Virus record (IMG/VR): IMGVR_UViG_3300032893_000735
Coordinates: 1 to 64,000 of that record
Direction: 5' to 3' (one strand)
Length of the DNA: 64,000 nucleotides
Source of the DNA: a virus
A program made the translations under genes and the position numbers. This document shows, piece by piece, positions 63,406 to 64,000 of the stretch (positions are counted from its first letter, which is position 1; each line of letters begins with the position of its first letter). The notes beneath the pieces were generated by a model. The model did no database searches and was not told the DNA's origin. It saw only the letters and a list, made by a program, of their open reading frames with translations.

Positions 63406-63604
63406 CTCACGGCGCAACCGGCCCGCCCATCGGCCTAAAGGTGGGGCAGAGAATCAGGAAAGGGGAGTAAAAAAAAAGATGGCATACCCAACTCTTGAGC
63501 AATTTGAGCAAGCCCGCCGCGAACTAAGGCGTGCGGATAACACCGAACTGGAACAGAAAAAGCCAAAGAGCAACGAGTAACAGTCCAGAAAATGGACGAC
63601 AGAG

Positions 63605-63651
63605 TTTTCCACAGCTTTCGGCTTGACAAAAACAACCAAACGAAGTAGTTT
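63605..63651 (+). promoter_or_regulatory. Early promoter with a TTTTCCACA box
   Basis: TTGACA-N17-TAGTTT. Confidence 0.55.
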
Positions 63652-63670
63652 TGATTGAAAAGGAGAAACT

Positions 63671-63823
63671 ATGTCACCAGCAACGAAAGGCCAGATCACC
63701 AAGGCGCGGAAGATCGAGGACAGCCGCGCACGTTTTAACGCCGTCCGGGCGGTGTTTGCCAAGTCGATGCCCGCCGAACAAGCAAAGCACGCGGCGCGAA
63801 AGGCACTCGTAACGTCCAAGTAA
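63671..63823 (+). CDS. Small basic protein MSPATKGQITKARK...
   Basis: AAGGAG RBS; not in the ORF track. Confidence 0.55.
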   Translation: MSPATKGQITKARKIEDSRARFNAVRAVFAKSMPAEQAKHAARKALVTSK

Positions 63824-64000
63824 TGGACACGGCAGACTTGCTCTGCCCAGATAGCTAACCCCGATTATCTGGAGAGGGCAAGAACCGAAATAGGGAGAAT
63901 TTGTGATTGAAACCACAATCAAGTGTGACGTGTGCGGGGCTGTCAAGGGCCAAACCAACCATTGGTTCGACTTGTGGCGGAGCGACGAAGGTTGTATCAT

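Larger units (their letters stand above)
121..63597. repeat. Dispersed 15-bp imperfect palindrome GTCCATTTTCTGGAC (about 40 copies)
   Basis: Copies start near 121, 253, 3995, 12834, 16569, 18937, 21707, 23808, 24854, 26387, 29491, 29825, 32822, 33724, 37441, 39766, 40202, 43168, 45707, 46539, 47605, 49573, 51449, 53528, 59262, 59733 and 63583, among others. Confidence 0.9.

Noticed and set aside
1-64000. Host assignment (e.g. Acidobacteriota)
   Set aside because: Gene style is suggestive from memory only; it needs CRISPR-spacer, tRNA or protein homology searches that could not be run.

Overview
This window is a segment of a large tailed (probably podovirus-like) bacteriophage genome. Positions ~187-58600 are almost all on the minus strand. 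They hold a lysozyme, HNH and HExxH genes, a 30-tRNA array with several non-tRNA structured RNAs, fibre/spike genes, a large terminase, an intein-containing portal, a scaffold, the major capsid protein, adaptors, a tail nozzle, ejection proteins and PhoH. Positions ~58700-64000 are small early-type genes on the plus strand. The main result is that the major capsid gene, which the ORF track misses, can be rebuilt by hand as 10 exons (984 nt, 327 aa) split by 9 group I-type introns. Eight of these have catalytic cores and one of the eight encodes a LAGLIDADG nuclease. The ninth (intron 8) is only 46 nt: it keeps a perfect P1/P10 internal guide and a terminal G but has no ribozyme core, which suggests a non-autonomous mini-intron spliced by a helper ribozyme. 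Other signals: (1) a 15-bp palindrome (GTCCATTTTCTGGAC) in about 40 copies inside genes, introns and the intein; (2) two fibre/spike cassettes with shared conserved ends; (3) a recurring TTGAC-N8-TATAAT promoter form; (4) a cluster of large unannotated structured RNAs; (5) atypical tRNAs. All calls come from manual reading and recalled motif knowledge; no searches or folding programs were run.
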